Part shown: positions 9,850 through 19,280 of the stretch, piece by piece
Position numbering within the stretch: position 1 is the first letter of the stretch
Layout: every line of letters starts with the position of its first letter
From: Candidatus Woesearchaeota archaeon
GTDB lineage: Archaea > Nanobdellota > Nanobdellia > Woesearchaeales > GW2011-AR9
Reading direction: 5' to 3'
Assembly: GCA_043797205.1 (NCBI GenBank)
Contig: JAZDQB010000028.1
Location: 4,144 to 68,143 of the forward strand
Length of the DNA: 64,000 nt
Position numbers and translations under genes: made by a program
Notes under the pieces: model-generated
The model's database searches: none
What the model saw: the letters and a program-made list of their open reading frames with translations, nothing else
What the model was told of the DNA's origin: nothing

Positions 9850-10931
9850 AACAAAAACTTTCCAAAGCGCCACAATCTCGGCTCTTTAATCAATGCTTTC
9901 AGCACCAAAGGCAAAGGATTCTCGCGAGTATGTTGTTCCAGCAATTTCTGCATTTTAGGCTGCTTGATTATCTCTACCAATCTATCCCAATCTTCATCTT
10001 TGAACTTGTTGAAAGTTTTTCTCAATTTAAGATGTAAATCCATTTTCTTCTTCAGCTTCTTAACCTTTTTATCATAATCCTTATGGTTAATCAGACAATC
10101 TGCCAGAATTTGCGCCTGCTTTAATCCCGGAATCAGACCGCCCAAAGTAGTGGCTTTGACAAAGCCGGAAGCATCTCCCAAAAGATAGCAATTATTTTGT
10201 TTTAATTTTTGTTGAGGAGAATACAAAGGAATCATTCCCGCCTGCATTTCAAGCACGGAAAAGTTGTTGTTAGACATGAATGTATCAAATAACTTTCGTG
10301 CATCTTTAGTTGAGGCTAAACCAACTCTTGCTTTTGTTTCCGATTCCGGCACAATCCACGCAAACAAATCTGGACAAATTTCTGTTCCAAAAAAAGTTTG
10401 ATATGTCTGCGGATTAAATTTTCCTTCTACTAACGCTTGGATTCCTTGATAATTAATTCTCTTAGCATGATAGAATCCATATGCCTTGGCCGTCCTTGAC
10501 AACGGTCCATCAGCGCCGATAACTACTTCTGGCTGCAGTTTCAACTCTTTATTATTTTTAGAGTCTTTGATTATAATATGATCTCCTTCTTTTCTAACAA
10601 AAGTATGCTGCAGATGAATCTTTGCTCCCGCTTCCCGAGCTAAATTCGCAAAGAACTGGTCAAACTTAGTACGATCCACTAAATACTCTTTTTGCCGGAT
10701 TAGAGCGGTATGGTGAGGAGAATTCACTTCAATCTGACTGAAAGTATTGACTAAAAAAGACTCCTTAGATAGTTCAAATTGGTCGAAATCCGCGGTCAAT
10801 AAACCCGTACATTGAATAGGATTACCTATCTCTTTGTGCTCCTCGTAAATATTCACGGAATGACCTGCTTTCGCTAATAAATGTCCACAATAACAGCCAA
10901 TCGGACCCGCACCGATGATGGTAATGTTCAT
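9846..10931 (-). CDS. Geranylgeranyl reductase-family FAD oxidoreductase
   Basis: GAGPIG, PIQCTG, IGADG, AWIVP and GDASG..ATTLGG motifs. Confidence 0.88.
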   Translation of the reverse strand: MNITIIGAGPIGCYCGHLLAKAGHSVNIYEEHKEIGNPIQCTGLLTADFDQFELSKESFLVNTFSQIEVNSPHHTALIRQKEYLVDRTKFDQFFANLAREAGAKIHLQHTFVRKEGDHIIIKDSKNNKELKLQPEVVIGADGPLSRTAKAYGFYHAKRINYQGIQALVEGKFNPQTYQTFFGTEICPDLFAWIVPESETKARVGLASTKDARKLFDTFMSNNNFSVLEMQAGMIPLYSPQQKLKQNNCYLLGDASGFVKATTLGGLIPGLKQAQILADCLINHKDYDKKVKKLKKKMDLHLKLRKTFNKFKDEDWDRLVEIIKQPKMQKLLEQHTRENPLPLVLKALIKEPRLWRFGKFLF

Positions 10932-11023
10932 AGAAAGAGAAGCAAAATTAAACTATAAAAAGGTTATTAAACAAAAAATAAAGTTAAAAAAAATAAAAAA
11001 TTGGAGGAAGAATCTCGAATTAC

Positions 11024-12289
11024 TTAATAGTAATTCTTACCTTCTTCGTCGTCTTTCTTTAATCTGCTAAATCCTACGATTAAGCCTACGATTACCAAAA
11101 CAACTACTAACACGATTAAAGCAATCTCTAATCCGTTTCTTAAGTTGTAACTGGTATCGATAGCAGCAGGAGCAGCAGCAGCAACTACGTTCGCTTGGAA
11201 AGCCACGGTCTGCAATACTTCGCTACCGGATTTGATGGCTACGGAAGCCACATGAGATCCAGCAGTAGCTGCAGCAGCAACCTTAGCTTCAACGTAAACG
11301 ACTTTATTCTGGCCAGGAGCCAAAACTACTAAGCTGTCACTTAGGCTTAAAGTAGCCCAGTCACTGCCCGCAGTTCCTTCCAATAGATAAGCTTTGGAAG
11401 CGCTTCCAGCGTTGGTTAAAGCAATAGCATAAGTAGCACTAGTTCCAGCAGCTACAGTTTGAGCTTCTGGTCCAACGGCCAAAACTAACTTATCGGATAC
11501 TTGGTAAGCTTCGTTAGCTAATACTTTAATCTTGAAAGTCTTAGTAGCAACTTCATACTCGTCGTATTTAACGGTTACTTTAACGTCATATTCTCCTTCT
11601 TTAGCATCTGCAGGGATAGGTAAGAACATTTCCGGAACGTCTTCGTATTCTACGTTATGATTATCAGTAGCTACAGTGTCTACAAATTCACTCGCAGAAA
11701 CGCCCAATTCAGGAATAGCTACGGTAACTTTAACGTCATTCTGGTCTTTGTCTCCATAATTCTGCAATAATACCGTGGTCAATAATGATCTACCAGCTTT
11801 TAAGGTGGTGCTAGGAGAGAAAGTCACATCGGAAATCTCTATAGCATTTCGAGCAGGTTCTACTGCTAATTTAATATTTACATCCCCTAAAGCGGCAGTG
11901 TTCTGATCCAGAACTCTTAAGCGTAACCAATAGGTCTCTTTGTCTAACTTAGTAGGCAAAGTTACTTCTAAATTTACATATTTGATAGTGTTGGCAGCTA
12001 AATCAAACACATGAGTAGAGTCTCTTAAACTCTCATAATCATCATACTCATATCCGTTAATCTCAGCTTCAACTTCAACATCGCTGGCACCAGCTAGTCC
12101 AACGGCACTTAATCCCACTCTGATATTCAGAGTTTGTCCTTCTTCTACTGCTAAAGTAGAAGTTTGGTCTACAACATCTCCGTCTACCTTAATAGTTCCC
12201 CAAGCTAGGTTAGTATCATCCAAAGCACTAACTAGAGAAACGCATAATAGACTCAATGCCACAAACAACACACTTAACAATTTTCTCAT
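11024..12289 (-). CDS. Cell-surface protein with Ig-like/CARDB domains and C-terminal TM anchor
   Basis: Signal peptide, beta-rich repeats, C-terminal TM plus acidic EEGKNYY tail; GGAGG SD. Confidence 0.75.
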   Translation of the reverse strand: MRKLLSVLFVALSLLCVSLVSALDDTNLAWGTIKVDGDVVDQTSTLAVEEGQTLNIRVGLSAVGLAGASDVEVEAEINGYEYDDYESLRDSTHVFDLAANTIKYVNLEVTLPTKLDKETYWLRLRVLDQNTAALGDVNIKLAVEPARNAIEISDVTFSPSTTLKAGRSLLTTVLLQNYGDKDQNDVKVTVAIPELGVSASEFVDTVATDNHNVEYEDVPEMFLPIPADAKEGEYDVKVTVKYDEYEVATKTFKIKVLANEAYQVSDKLVLAVGPEAQTVAAGTSATYAIALTNAGSASKAYLLEGTAGSDWATLSLSDSLVVLAPGQNKVVYVEAKVAAAATAGSHVASVAIKSGSEVLQTVAFQANVVAAAAPAAIDTSYNLRNGLEIALIVLVVVLVIVGLIVGFSRLKKDDEEGKNYY

Positions 12290-12416
12290 TTTATTCTTCC
12301 TCCAATGTTTTAAGTTTATTATTTTAATATATGGTTATATTTAAACCTTTCTGTTTTTTTAGTATTCAATAGTAGCTACACTTATAGGCTGCTTCATTAT
12401 GGTTGAAATATATATT

Positions 12417-14723
12417 TTATCCTACCACAAACTGTCTATATGCTACCTCATGAACTTGATCATTGCCGATGTAAACTTCTGCCAAGTACTCTCCCGAGAG
12501 AGCTTCTCCCGGAACCTCGATGAAGTTAGTAATGGTCTTGCCCTGTCCTGGTTTCAAATTGAATTCTCCGCTGGACACTTTGATTCCCAAATCATAAACC
12601 ATCACTGTTACTCGTAAATCAGATAAGACTTTATCTCCGGCATTCTCTACTTTTACAGTAAACTGAGTTTGATCACCTAAACTAACTAGTTCCGGAGTGA
12701 ACTGGGCCTTTACCACTTGCAAGCTAGTATGTAAGTCACGCACGTAAATGGTATACTTCTGGCTAGCCGTCCTTACCCCATCCGTAACGCTGATGCTTAC
12801 CGGATAATGTCCTTCACTCTCTGGTACCCATAAGATCAAACCATTCTGACTGATGCTCATTCCGTCCGGTGCTTGAGTCAAAGAGTAAGTCAAAGCTTTA
12901 TGCTCTCCCCCCACTTGAACTTGGTAACTATATTCTACTCCGATCGTTCCCAGAGTAGGCGGAGCAGAGGTAATAGCAAAGTCGGAATACTTACAGCTAT
13001 CATCATCTTTCTCAGCGGCTGCATCATAATTCAAAGCATTTACATCCGTGCATCCTAGTATATAATAAGTACAACTGTCATCATCATGATTAGCGGCAGG
13101 ATTGTAATTTTTAGCAGTAGCATCAGTACATCCTAACACTTCTATCGAACAAGTATTACTAAAAGTATCCCAGCTATGTCCATCCGCAGCACAGACGCGA
13201 TAATCTTCCGTAGAACCGTCCCAGCATTGAGTTAATTCTTCCGTAGTTCCCGGAACACAGTTAACATTATAAGTACAGCTACCGTCGTCTTTAGTAGCGG
13301 CGAAATTATAATTATTAGCTTGGGGATCAGTACAACCAACAACATCATAAACACAACTTCCGTCGTCTTTAACAGCTTGAGAGTTGTAATTCAAAGCTAA
13401 TGGATCAGTACAACCCATAGCATAAACACAACTACCATCGTCTTGGGTAGCAAAAGGATCGTAATTCAAAGCAGTAATATCCATACAACCTAATACAGGT
13501 TGAACTGGACAAACATTACTAAAAACAGTCCAGCTATGTCCATCCGCAGCACAGACGCGATAATCTTCCGTAGAATCATCCCAGCATTGAGTTAATTCTT
13601 CCGTAGTTCCTGGAACACAGTTAACATCATAAGTACAACTGCCATCGTCTTTAGTTGCTAAAGGATTGTAATTATCGGCCTTAGGATCAGTACAACCAAG
13701 TACGTCAACAGGAGCATATTTACAACTGCCATCGTCTTTAGTTGCTAAAGGATTATAATTAGTAGCTTTAGGATCAGTACAACCAAGCACATCAGGAATT
13801 TTTACAGTAAAGAAAAGAGCCCAAGTAAAAGTAGAAGAACAATCACTAGTAACTGTTACCATAGCCACATAATTTCCTGCTTGAGTGAATTTTCCTTTAA
13901 TTTGATCATTTCCACTAGCCGCAAATCCTGCCGGAACCGCAAAACCATTAGAAGTGTCCCAAGTATAACTAACACTGTCAGTACTGACACTCTTAACCAA
14001 ATTTACTTCTACATAATCATTAACAGTAACAGTATAAGTAGGGAATAAAAGTAAAGTTAAGGAATAATCTATAGATACTCCATTTACTTTTCCGTCAGGA
14101 ACAATCCAAGAAGGTTGTTCACAAACCGGTTGAATTGGACAAACATTACTTTTTCCGATCCAACTCATTCCGTCCGCAGCACAGACTTGATAATCTTTTA
14201 CAGAGCCATCCCAACAAGTATTAATAGTATTAGTAGCTCCAGGAGTACAGATAGGAACCTTACAACTGCCATCATCTTTAGTAGCAGCAGGATTATAATT
14301 GATCGCTTTAGGATCGGTACAACCTAGAATATCATTAACCTTTAATTTTAAAGTATCTTGAGCATTACCATTGGCACTTAAAACACTCGCTACTATATTA
14401 TAGTCTCCAGCAGTAGTGGGAGTATAACTTACTATTTCATAAAATTGATTTAAAAGATGAAGATGAGCATAAGGAGTAGCCACCACTGCTCCGTTAGAAT
14501 CGTACACATTAACGTACAAATTGTAATCTGCTGTTCCGTCGCTAATCACGGCAAATTGTACTGCTTTACCAACTTCAGTAGTTAAAGTAGTAATAGTTCC
14601 ATCCGCTTTGCCGTTGATTATCCACAAAGCCATTACGTCAACTTCTCCCGCTGCACATAACGTCGGAAGGATTGCTAACATCAAGACTGCCACTACCACC
14701 CCTAATAGTTGTGATGTCCTCAT
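12417..14723 (-). CDS. Secreted Cys-rich repeat protein with putative Ig and CARDB domains
   Basis: About 8 GCTDPxAxNYNPxATxDDGSC repeats, three C(V/T)PG..CWD..VCAADG modules, and APDGMSI..GLILWVP Ig motif. Confidence 0.8.
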   Translation of the reverse strand: MRTSQLLGVVVAVLMLAILPTLCAAGEVDVMALWIINGKADGTITTLTTEVGKAVQFAVISDGTADYNLYVNVYDSNGAVVATPYAHLHLLNQFYEIVSYTPTTAGDYNIVASVLSANGNAQDTLKLKVNDILGCTDPKAINYNPAATKDDGSCKVPICTPGATNTINTCWDGSVKDYQVCAADGMSWIGKSNVCPIQPVCEQPSWIVPDGKVNGVSIDYSLTLLLFPTYTVTVNDYVEVNLVKSVSTDSVSYTWDTSNGFAVPAGFAASGNDQIKGKFTQAGNYVAMVTVTSDCSSTFTWALFFTVKIPDVLGCTDPKATNYNPLATKDDGSCKYAPVDVLGCTDPKADNYNPLATKDDGSCTYDVNCVPGTTEELTQCWDDSTEDYRVCAADGHSWTVFSNVCPVQPVLGCMDITALNYDPFATQDDGSCVYAMGCTDPLALNYNSQAVKDDGSCVYDVVGCTDPQANNYNFAATKDDGSCTYNVNCVPGTTEELTQCWDGSTEDYRVCAADGHSWDTFSNTCSIEVLGCTDATAKNYNPAANHDDDSCTYYILGCTDVNALNYDAAAEKDDDSCKYSDFAITSAPPTLGTIGVEYSYQVQVGGEHKALTYSLTQAPDGMSISQNGLILWVPESEGHYPVSISVTDGVRTASQKYTIYVRDLHTSLQVVKAQFTPELVSLGDQTQFTVKVENAGDKVLSDLRVTVMVYDLGIKVSSGEFNLKPGQGKTITNFIEVPGEALSGEYLAEVYIGNDQVHEVAYRQFVVG
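13170..13660. repeat. Near-identical intragenic duplication with 360-bp period
   Basis: cagctatgtccatccgcagcacagacgcgataatcttccgtagaa... occurs at about 13171 and 13531. Confidence 0.85.
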
Positions 14724-14790
14724 TTTTTACCCCCAAGATTCAATTTGAATATCATTTATTACATATAATTAGTAAAAATAAAAAAATAAT

Positions 14791-16254
14791 TTATTTCCAG
14801 TAAACTCCCAGAACACCCATAATCCCCATATCTTTTTGGGTATCTACTCTGAATTCTGGACCGATTCTTATACTCCATTTGTCACCCTTGCTAACATAAC
14901 CGGTAGTGACTCCTGTCGCAAATTCTCCCACAAAGTCATAATCGGTTTTAGAAACATTATTGGATTTTCCAGCCACAGTAGTAGTCCTTTCTAGAGTAGT
15001 TCTCTTAGCTGCTCCACCTGCTTTAAAGTCAAAATCAAGGTATCCTTTAGACACCGCTCGAACTTTAAGTACTGCACCCGCGCCCACTAAGCGATCGATA
15101 GTTTTAGCCTCTTCAGTTTCTTGAACTGCAAAACCTAAATCATCTGTAGTTTTACTGTCGGCTTTACGGTGATTATAACCACCATTAGCGTATCCACCTA
15201 AACGAACTACACCGTTTTCATCTAAAGCACTGGTTACTTGCACTTCTACTTCTACTCCAACGGCACTAGCTCCATTTCCAAAAGCATACACCGCCTTAGC
15301 GATAGCGTCAACCTGTATTGGTTGCTTTACCGGCTGAACCGGCTCCTTATAATTGCAGCCATGTTCTTTCAAGAAATCGATAGCTGTTTTGAAATCGCTT
15401 ACTGCTTTTTCATACTTATCGTTCTTATCTTTCAAAGCAGCGCCTTGTTCTGGACAAGCCGGAACAGCTTCTGTGTATTTTAAAAGTTCTCTTCCTACCG
15501 GAACTTTTCCCTCTTGAGCCGGAACTTTGTCTAGACATTCTTTTAATCCTTTAGTAGCAGTATCGCGAGTATCGCGAGCATTTCTAACATCAGTAAGCAT
15601 ACCTTTCAAGCGAGCATAATCTTCTTTGCAATTATCTCCGCCTAAGGAAACAAAGAAAGTTTCTAAGTCAGAAAGCTTAGCATCAGCTAATGCTTTTTCT
15701 AAAGGAACTCCTTTTCCGCCAGCATTATCTAAACGATCAGTAGCTGCTTTCAAATCGTCAACAGTAGCAAAAGGTTTGGCCTTGGTGGCATCATAACAAT
15801 GAGTGTTAGCTCCAGTACAATAGCCGTCTACTCTTTCAGTTAATCCAAAAGCACCAGCTAAATTATCGTCTAAACAAGTACCATGTTTATCAAATTGAGA
15901 AAGACAGGAAGGTTTTCCCGCAATTGGTTTCTGATCCGGACAGGTAAAGGTGACCACATCATCGCTGCCTAAGGTAGGTAAAGAATATTTTGCACCAGGA
16001 GTACAAGGGATACAATTTTTCTTTCCTGGAACACAGACTTCCAGGTTGACAGTCCCAATTTTATATACCGGCTTAATGCAAGTTCTATCAGCAGAAGTCA
16101 GTGCCTCTAAAGCTGCAGGAGTTAGAGTATCTACTCCCTCTAGAACACTTTCTTGAGGAGCAGGTGTACAAACACGAGTTTGAGCTACAGCAGTTCCGCC
16201 ATAAGCCAAAGTTGCACCAAGAAATAATCCGCTAACCAAAGTTCTTAATCTCAT
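14791..16254 (-). CDS. Secreted protein: Cys-rich N-terminus, helical middle, C-terminal beta-barrel-like domain
   Basis: Signal peptide (AVA-Q), alternating hydrophobic strands in the last ~180 aa ending VLGVYWK; GGAGG SD. Confidence 0.65.
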   Translation of the reverse strand: MRLRTLVSGLFLGATLAYGGTAVAQTRVCTPAPQESVLEGVDTLTPAALEALTSADRTCIKPVYKIGTVNLEVCVPGKKNCIPCTPGAKYSLPTLGSDDVVTFTCPDQKPIAGKPSCLSQFDKHGTCLDDNLAGAFGLTERVDGYCTGANTHCYDATKAKPFATVDDLKAATDRLDNAGGKGVPLEKALADAKLSDLETFFVSLGGDNCKEDYARLKGMLTDVRNARDTRDTATKGLKECLDKVPAQEGKVPVGRELLKYTEAVPACPEQGAALKDKNDKYEKAVSDFKTAIDFLKEHGCNYKEPVQPVKQPIQVDAIAKAVYAFGNGASAVGVEVEVQVTSALDENGVVRLGGYANGGYNHRKADSKTTDDLGFAVQETEEAKTIDRLVGAGAVLKVRAVSKGYLDFDFKAGGAAKRTTLERTTTVAGKSNNVSKTDYDFVGEFATGVTTGYVSKGDKWSIRIGPEFRVDTQKDMGIMGVLGVYWK

Positions 16255-16367
16255 TTTTTATATACCTCCATTAAACAGGAATTTTTGTAATACTTCAGAA
16301 CATCTATACCAATACTACTCCAAAGTGAGCATTTATTTATAAATCTTTTGTATTCAACCCGCAAAAA

Positions 16368-17558
16368 TTAAAACAAACGATACATTTCGTAAACTATTCC
16401 TAAAACAAAAATTAAAATAAGTAAAATCCCTAGAAGAGTAAGTTTGGGTAAAGAATATTCTGGAACTCGCTCTCCTTTTTGCTTTGCTTTCCAATAGGTC
16501 AACACTGTAACAATTCCACTTAATCCCCCGGTAAGAGCCCCCACAATTCCCAAAATGGTAATAAAAGAAGTTAAATTCAATATCGTTATCAATAAAGGAA
16601 GAGAGAAAGTAAACAACAATGCCCAACGATGTTTAATTCCATAATCATATTCATAAATTTGCAATAAGACCATGCTTAAAGCCAAGAAAGAAGTAAACAT
16701 AGTCAATATCGCTAAAATATTCGCAAAAATTCCTAACAGAGGATGAGAATAGATGCTTAAAGCAATAGTAGCAATACGTTCGTTTGGCTGCAATAAATTA
16801 AAATTTTGTACTCCCACTAGACCGACCACAAGCACAGCAAACAGAGCATAAAGGATAATTGGAATAATTGAACCTACTAGAATGGCTACTTTCATTTTTT
16901 TCTTTTCTCGCCCCAATTCTTCCGAGATTTCAGGAATGGCTGCAAAGCCCATGTAAGCAAATAAGATTACCCCGTACGGAAGAAAAACAAAACCCCAAGA
17001 AGCAACATTATAATAATTAGTATTAATTTTGTTAATCGAAAAAATTCCAATCGAAACAACGGTGAGGATTAAAAATGAAACTAAAATCAGTTCTGCTTTT
17101 CCCGTCGCTTTCATCCCTAAGTAAACAATAATGAAACCAATTAAAAAGAAAAATAAAGAGTACATCAAAGGTGAACCCCACGAAAATAAAGAATAAAGCG
17201 TGGCTCCTTCCCCAATCAAATAAGCAGTTAACGCACCATAAGTTCCAAAAATTACAGCCACACCCATGGCCAATTTTCCCCATCTGCCTAAATATTTTTC
17301 TGCATATCCCGCTAGTTGATGTTTAGTTTTAGTACGCAAAACAATCTCTCCCACAAACAGATTTAACAACAGAAAAGCTGCTCCCAATCCCAAAATCCAG
17401 AACAGTCCCAACAGAAATCCGCTTTTCGCTACCACATAAGGAATTCCCAAGATTCCTGCTCCAATAATCGTACCCATTAAAGTACAAATAGCAATAGCAA
17501 GACGATGTCGAGCAAAGAATCCCTTATTGTTAGACACTTCACCGCTTTTTTTGAACAT
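16368..17558 (-). CDS. Aromatic amino acid permease family transporter
   Basis: GTIIGAGILGIP motif and about 11 TM helices. Confidence 0.88.
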   Translation of the reverse strand: MFKKSGEVSNNKGFFARHRLAIAICTLMGTIIGAGILGIPYVVAKSGFLLGLFWILGLGAAFLLLNLFVGEIVLRTKTKHQLAGYAEKYLGRWGKLAMGVAVIFGTYGALTAYLIGEGATLYSLFSWGSPLMYSLFFFLIGFIIVYLGMKATGKAELILVSFLILTVVSIGIFSINKINTNYYNVASWGFVFLPYGVILFAYMGFAAIPEISEELGREKKKMKVAILVGSIIPIILYALFAVLVVGLVGVQNFNLLQPNERIATIALSIYSHPLLGIFANILAILTMFTSFLALSMVLLQIYEYDYGIKHRWALLFTFSLPLLITILNLTSFITILGIVGALTGGLSGIVTVLTYWKAKQKGERVPEYSLPKLTLLGILLILIFVLGIVYEMYRLF

Positions 17559-17699
17559 CTTCTTCAGAATACATTTTGGATTTATATAGCTTTCTTTGAA
17601 GTAAAATAAACACTATTATGCTTATTTGCGCAAGGTTTAAATAGGTCAAAAGAATACTTAACTTAGCACGTTTAGATTGTCAAAAGGGGGGTGAGTAGC

Positions 17700-17873
17700 A
17701 TGATCTATGAAGAAGATTATTGTGAGCTATTTGAAGAGGAGCTAGCTTTAGGCAGCGGAGAGAAAACTGCCAAATATTGCGAACTGTGCGAACTGCAAAG
17801 AGCTAACGAGAAGATGGTGACGGAAGTAATGGGAGTAGACATGAAAGACGTCAAAAACAAGATGTTAAAATAA
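17700..17873 (+). CDS. Small hypothetical protein
   Basis: GGGGGTGA SD before ATG 17700; CELC motif. Confidence 0.5.
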   Translation: MIYEEDYCELFEEELALGSGEKTAKYCELCELQRANEKMVTEVMGVDMKDVKNKMLK

Positions 17874-17900
17874 TTTTTGTTTTTTTATTTCTTAGTATTT

Positions 17901-18965
17901 TTATTTTAGTGATCTATTTATTTCAATAGTAGAAATATCGTGCGGAAATGTCTTTTCGTATTTATCAATCACTTTTTGTCTTAAAATATAAGTATTGTAA
18001 TGGTGAGCGTACGCCAACCATCCTTCAAATACAGCATAAATTTGGTCGTAGTAAATTTTATTTAGCTCGAATTCTTCTTGCAATAAGAATATCTTCCGTT
18101 CCAGTTTTGGTACGTTTCCTTTTTTTAATAAGCGATGGAATGGGAAAATACGCGCACCTAAAAAAGTTATTCCTTGTTTGATAGAACGAATAGATGTTTT
18201 GTGTGGATGCAAGTGTAATTTTAAGTTAATAGTTAAGAAATTACTGATTTCTTGTCGATAAACTCGGAGCTTATCCTTATTGTTATCTAAAATTACAAAA
18301 TCATCTACGTAACGCAAGTAATATCTAATTTTTAATTTCCTTTTGATAAATTGATCCAGCTCATTCAAGTACACGTTCGCTAAGAATTGGGAAGTTAAGT
18401 TGCCCAAAGGCATTCCTTTATCAAAAGAATGGTTTCTTAATATTTTTCTAATTAACCACATCACTTTTTTATCTTTGATCTTTTTTTCAAGAATACGAAT
18501 TAAGATCGAATGATTTACTTCTTCGAAATAATGCTTTATATCTGCCTTTAACACGAATGTGTTTATGATATGGTTATTAGAAACTATCCTTGAAAAGGAT
18601 TCAAATCTTTTTATCGCTTTAAGAGTACCTTTTCCCTTCCGGTTGGCATAAGAATCATAAATGAAAGAAGTTTCAAAAATAGGTTCAATAAGATTACACA
18701 AAGCGTGATGTATCACTCTATCCCGAAAATGAGCTTTACTAATCTTTCTGGTTTTGGGATCGCGTACAATAAAGGTTTGCAATGGTTTTGGTTGATAAGC
18801 GTGTAAGAGCAGTTCTGTTCTAAGCAAAGAAAGATTATTTTGTAAATCCTTCTCAAATTCCAATACATAAGGCTTTTGCGTTTTATGTTTTCTCGCTTTC
18901 TTGTAAGCAAGATATAAATTATCTTCGCTGCATAATTTATCCCATAAATTACGATAAGTCTTCAT
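17901..18965 (-). CDS. DGR reverse transcriptase (354 aa)
   Basis: PKTRKI, FRDRVIHHAL, KADIKHYF, GMPLGNLTSQ and YLRYVDDF. Start set to MKTYRNL because the ORF-track extension is the TR. Confidence 0.95.
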   Translation of the reverse strand: MKTYRNLWDKLCSEDNLYLAYKKARKHKTQKPYVLEFEKDLQNNLSLLRTELLLHAYQPKPLQTFIVRDPKTRKISKAHFRDRVIHHALCNLIEPIFETSFIYDSYANRKGKGTLKAIKRFESFSRIVSNNHIINTFVLKADIKHYFEEVNHSILIRILEKKIKDKKVMWLIRKILRNHSFDKGMPLGNLTSQFLANVYLNELDQFIKRKLKIRYYLRYVDDFVILDNNKDKLRVYRQEISNFLTINLKLHLHPHKTSIRSIKQGITFLGARIFPFHRLLKKGNVPKLERKIFLLQEEFELNKIYYDQIYAVFEGWLAYAHHYNTYILRQKVIDKYEKTFPHDISTIEINRSLK

Positions 18966-18992
18966 GAACAAAAATCCTAGCCCAGCCAAGGT

Positions 18993-19081
18993 TATTCCGA
19001 GAAAACGGGCATTGTTGTTGAGATTGTTGTTGCCATTAAGGTTGTTGTTATGGTTGTTGCCCAAGACCAGCAAGCGCCCGC
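18993..19081 (-). repeat. DGR template repeat (TR) incl. IMH*-like CGGAAT
   Basis: 12 AAC/AAT codons; aligns without gaps to 19467-19555. Confidence 0.97.
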
Positions 19082-19262
19082 CTCTGTGTAGCTCTTTTAT
19101 CGTTATGCCACTGCTGCTTCGGTCTTTCCTTGCGTACTAGAGGTCGCAGCTGTATTTATCCTATTAGAACGTGTCTAATCGAAAGATTTTATGATGAGTC
19201 GCCTCAATCGTGATGAAAGAGCATGTAACCTTAGTATTGGCGGCATAACCGCTGTGGCTAAG
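19082..19262 (-). ncRNA. Structured non-coding segment 5' of TR (putative part of the DGR RNA)
   Basis: Complementary blocks 19240-19249/19102-19111 and 19212-19222/19091-19101, TGAG-GCGA-CTCA GNRA hairpin (19195-19206), ATTAGA/TCTAAT hairpin (19163-19179). Confidence 0.55.
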
Positions 19263-19280
19263 ATGAAGAAAAGTAAAGAA

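Noticed and set aside
18966..19073. Asn-rich N-terminal extension of the RT in the ORF track
   Set aside because: It is the TR read in frame (AAC codons). The RT domain begins at MKTYRNL (18965).
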